From assembly GCA_965242865.1 (NCBI GenBank), contig CBDETK010000013.1:736001-800000 (forward strand): DNA of 64,000 bases, given 5' to 3'. The position numbers and the translations under genes were made by a program. Below, in pieces: positions 63,206 to 64,000 of the stretch. Every line of letters starts with the position of its first letter. Within the stretch, counting starts at the first letter, position 1. This stretch comes from Candidatus Latescibacterota bacterium. Its GTDB lineage: Bacteria; Latescibacterota; UBA2968; UBA8231. Under the pieces are notes generated by a model. The model had not been told where the DNA came from, ran no database searches, and saw nothing but the letters and a program-made list of their open reading frames with translations.

Positions 63206-63281
63206 TGGAGCCGCCACCCGGACTCGAACCGGGGACCTACTCATTACGAGTGAGTTGCTCTACCAGCTGAGCTATGGCGGC
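63206..63281 (-). tRNA. tRNA-Thr (anticodon CGT)
   Basis: GCCGCCATAGCTCAGCTGGTAGAGCAACTCACTCGTAATGAGTAGGTCCCCGGTTCGAGTCCGGGTGGCGGCTCCA, 76 nt cloverleaf with encoded CCA. Confidence 0.97.
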
Positions 63282-63303
63282 TATGCTGTGAAGTAGGACT
63301 AAG

Positions 63304-63332
63304 AAACTAGGCGGGGCTAGCTACCGTGTCAA
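63304..63332 (-). promoter_or_regulatory. Putative tRNA promoter
   Basis: TTGACA-17 bp-TAGTTT, 22 bp upstream of the tRNA. Confidence 0.65.
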
Positions 63333-63353
63333 ACCGCCCCGGGCGGTGCTGGG

Positions 63354-64000
63354 TTAAAAGAAATTGAATAGTTTGCTCAGCGCGTGGGCAAGGCCGTTGC
63401 GGGAGCGGTCTGCGTCGTGCGGCTCGCTTATTGCACTGTGTTCGTTGGCGACAAAGCGCAACAGGCCGATTGCGGTGGCATAGCTGGGGTCGCTGACCGC
63501 GGCTGGGGCGATCACGTCTTGAGGGACGCCGATGCGGACGTGGTGGCCGAGCACCTCCTCGGCGAGCGGGGCGATCTGGTCGAGCGCGGCCCCGCCGCCG
63601 GTGAGCACGATGCCGGCCGCCAAGCGGTCGTTGTAGGGGGTGCTGGCGAGGGTTTGGCGCACGTATTCAAAAATCTCGCGTTGCCGCGCTTCGATGATCG
63701 CGCTGACTTGCTGCCGGGTTAAGGAACAGGCCCGGCCGGCGGTCGTGTGATAGGCGACGGGTTGGTCGTCTTCTTCGCCGGAGCAGCTCACGCTGCCGAA
63801 GCGGCATTTGAGCTGCTCGGCTTCGCGCATGGGGATGCTCAAGACGATCGAGAGATCGCGCGTTATGTCGTTCCCCCCCAGCGGAATCTCTTCCACGTGC
63901 CGCATCGGGCCTGAAAACACGGCTAGGTCGCAGGTGCCGGCGCCGATATCGAGCAGGGCCACGCCCATGTCGCGTTCATCTTGGGATAAGGTGGCGTGGG
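63354..64000 (-). CDS. ftsA: Cell division protein FtsA, 3' part (runs off window end)
   Basis: LSQDERDMGVALLDIGAGT, IPLGGNDITRDL, EAEQLK, GIVLTGGGA, VRIGVP, DPSYATAIGLL, C-terminal amphipathic helix LSKLFNFF. Confidence 0.88.
   Translation of the reverse strand, partial: HATLSQDERDMGVALLDIGAGTCDLAVFSGPMRHVEEIPLGGNDITRDLSIVLSIPMREAEQLKCRFGSVSCSGEEDDQPVAYHTTAGRACSLTRQQVSAIIEARQREIFEYVRQTLASTPYNDRLAAGIVLTGGGAALDQIAPLAEEVLGHHVRIGVPQDVIAPAAVSDPSYATAIGLLRFVANEHSAISEPHDADRSRNGLAHALSKLFNFF

Noticed and set aside
63206-63281. tRNA-Thr as integration site of the defence island
   Set aside because: Housekeeping genes separate it from the island by 8.5 kb and I found no duplicated tRNA 3' end.

Overview
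GC-rich bacterial chromosomal window. The abundance of secreted proteins with FlgD-Ig/T9SS-like C-terminal domains, CRTAC1/ASPIC-UnbV and TPR proteins, and a C-terminal SWGxLK motif suggests an FCB-group lineage such as Latescibacterota/Gemmatimonadota/Poribacteria (inference only). There are four blocks. (1) 1-14.8 kb: a 12,527-bp-period tandem duplication with its junction at 2271/2272. It carries three diversified beta-helix paralogs, a ~2930-aa surface protein (glycosidase-like head, cadherin/Fn3 stalk, acidic VNTR, CTD) and a coupled 43-aa small ORF. (2) 13.3-42.8 kb: a secreted/envelope protein cluster (four PNGDGxND-CTD paralogs, a putative outer-membrane protein, three CRTAC1-family proteins, TPR proteins, a parvulin, two beta-propeller dehydrogenase paralogs, one fused to a diheme cytochrome c), interrupted by a PIN toxin-antitoxin cassette. 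(3) 42.8-54.6 kb: a minus-strand defence island with an ABC-type ATPase plus small partner, a type IIG-like R-M fusion, a compact three-gene unit (YaaA/DpdC-like-DpdA fusion + UvrD-like helicase + Fe-S PD-(D/E)XK nuclease), and a partly duplicated putative ART-fold toxin/antitoxin pair. (4) 54.7-64 kb: housekeeping genes miaB, mtaB, pcrA/uvrD, mltG, an ABC-2 transporter, DUF420, tRNA-Thr(CGT) and the 3' part of ftsA. The best candidate for an undescribed system is the minimal DpdA-helicase-nuclease unit; the second is the amplifying, diversifying surface-protein cassette. All family calls come from motif recognition by eye, not database searches.
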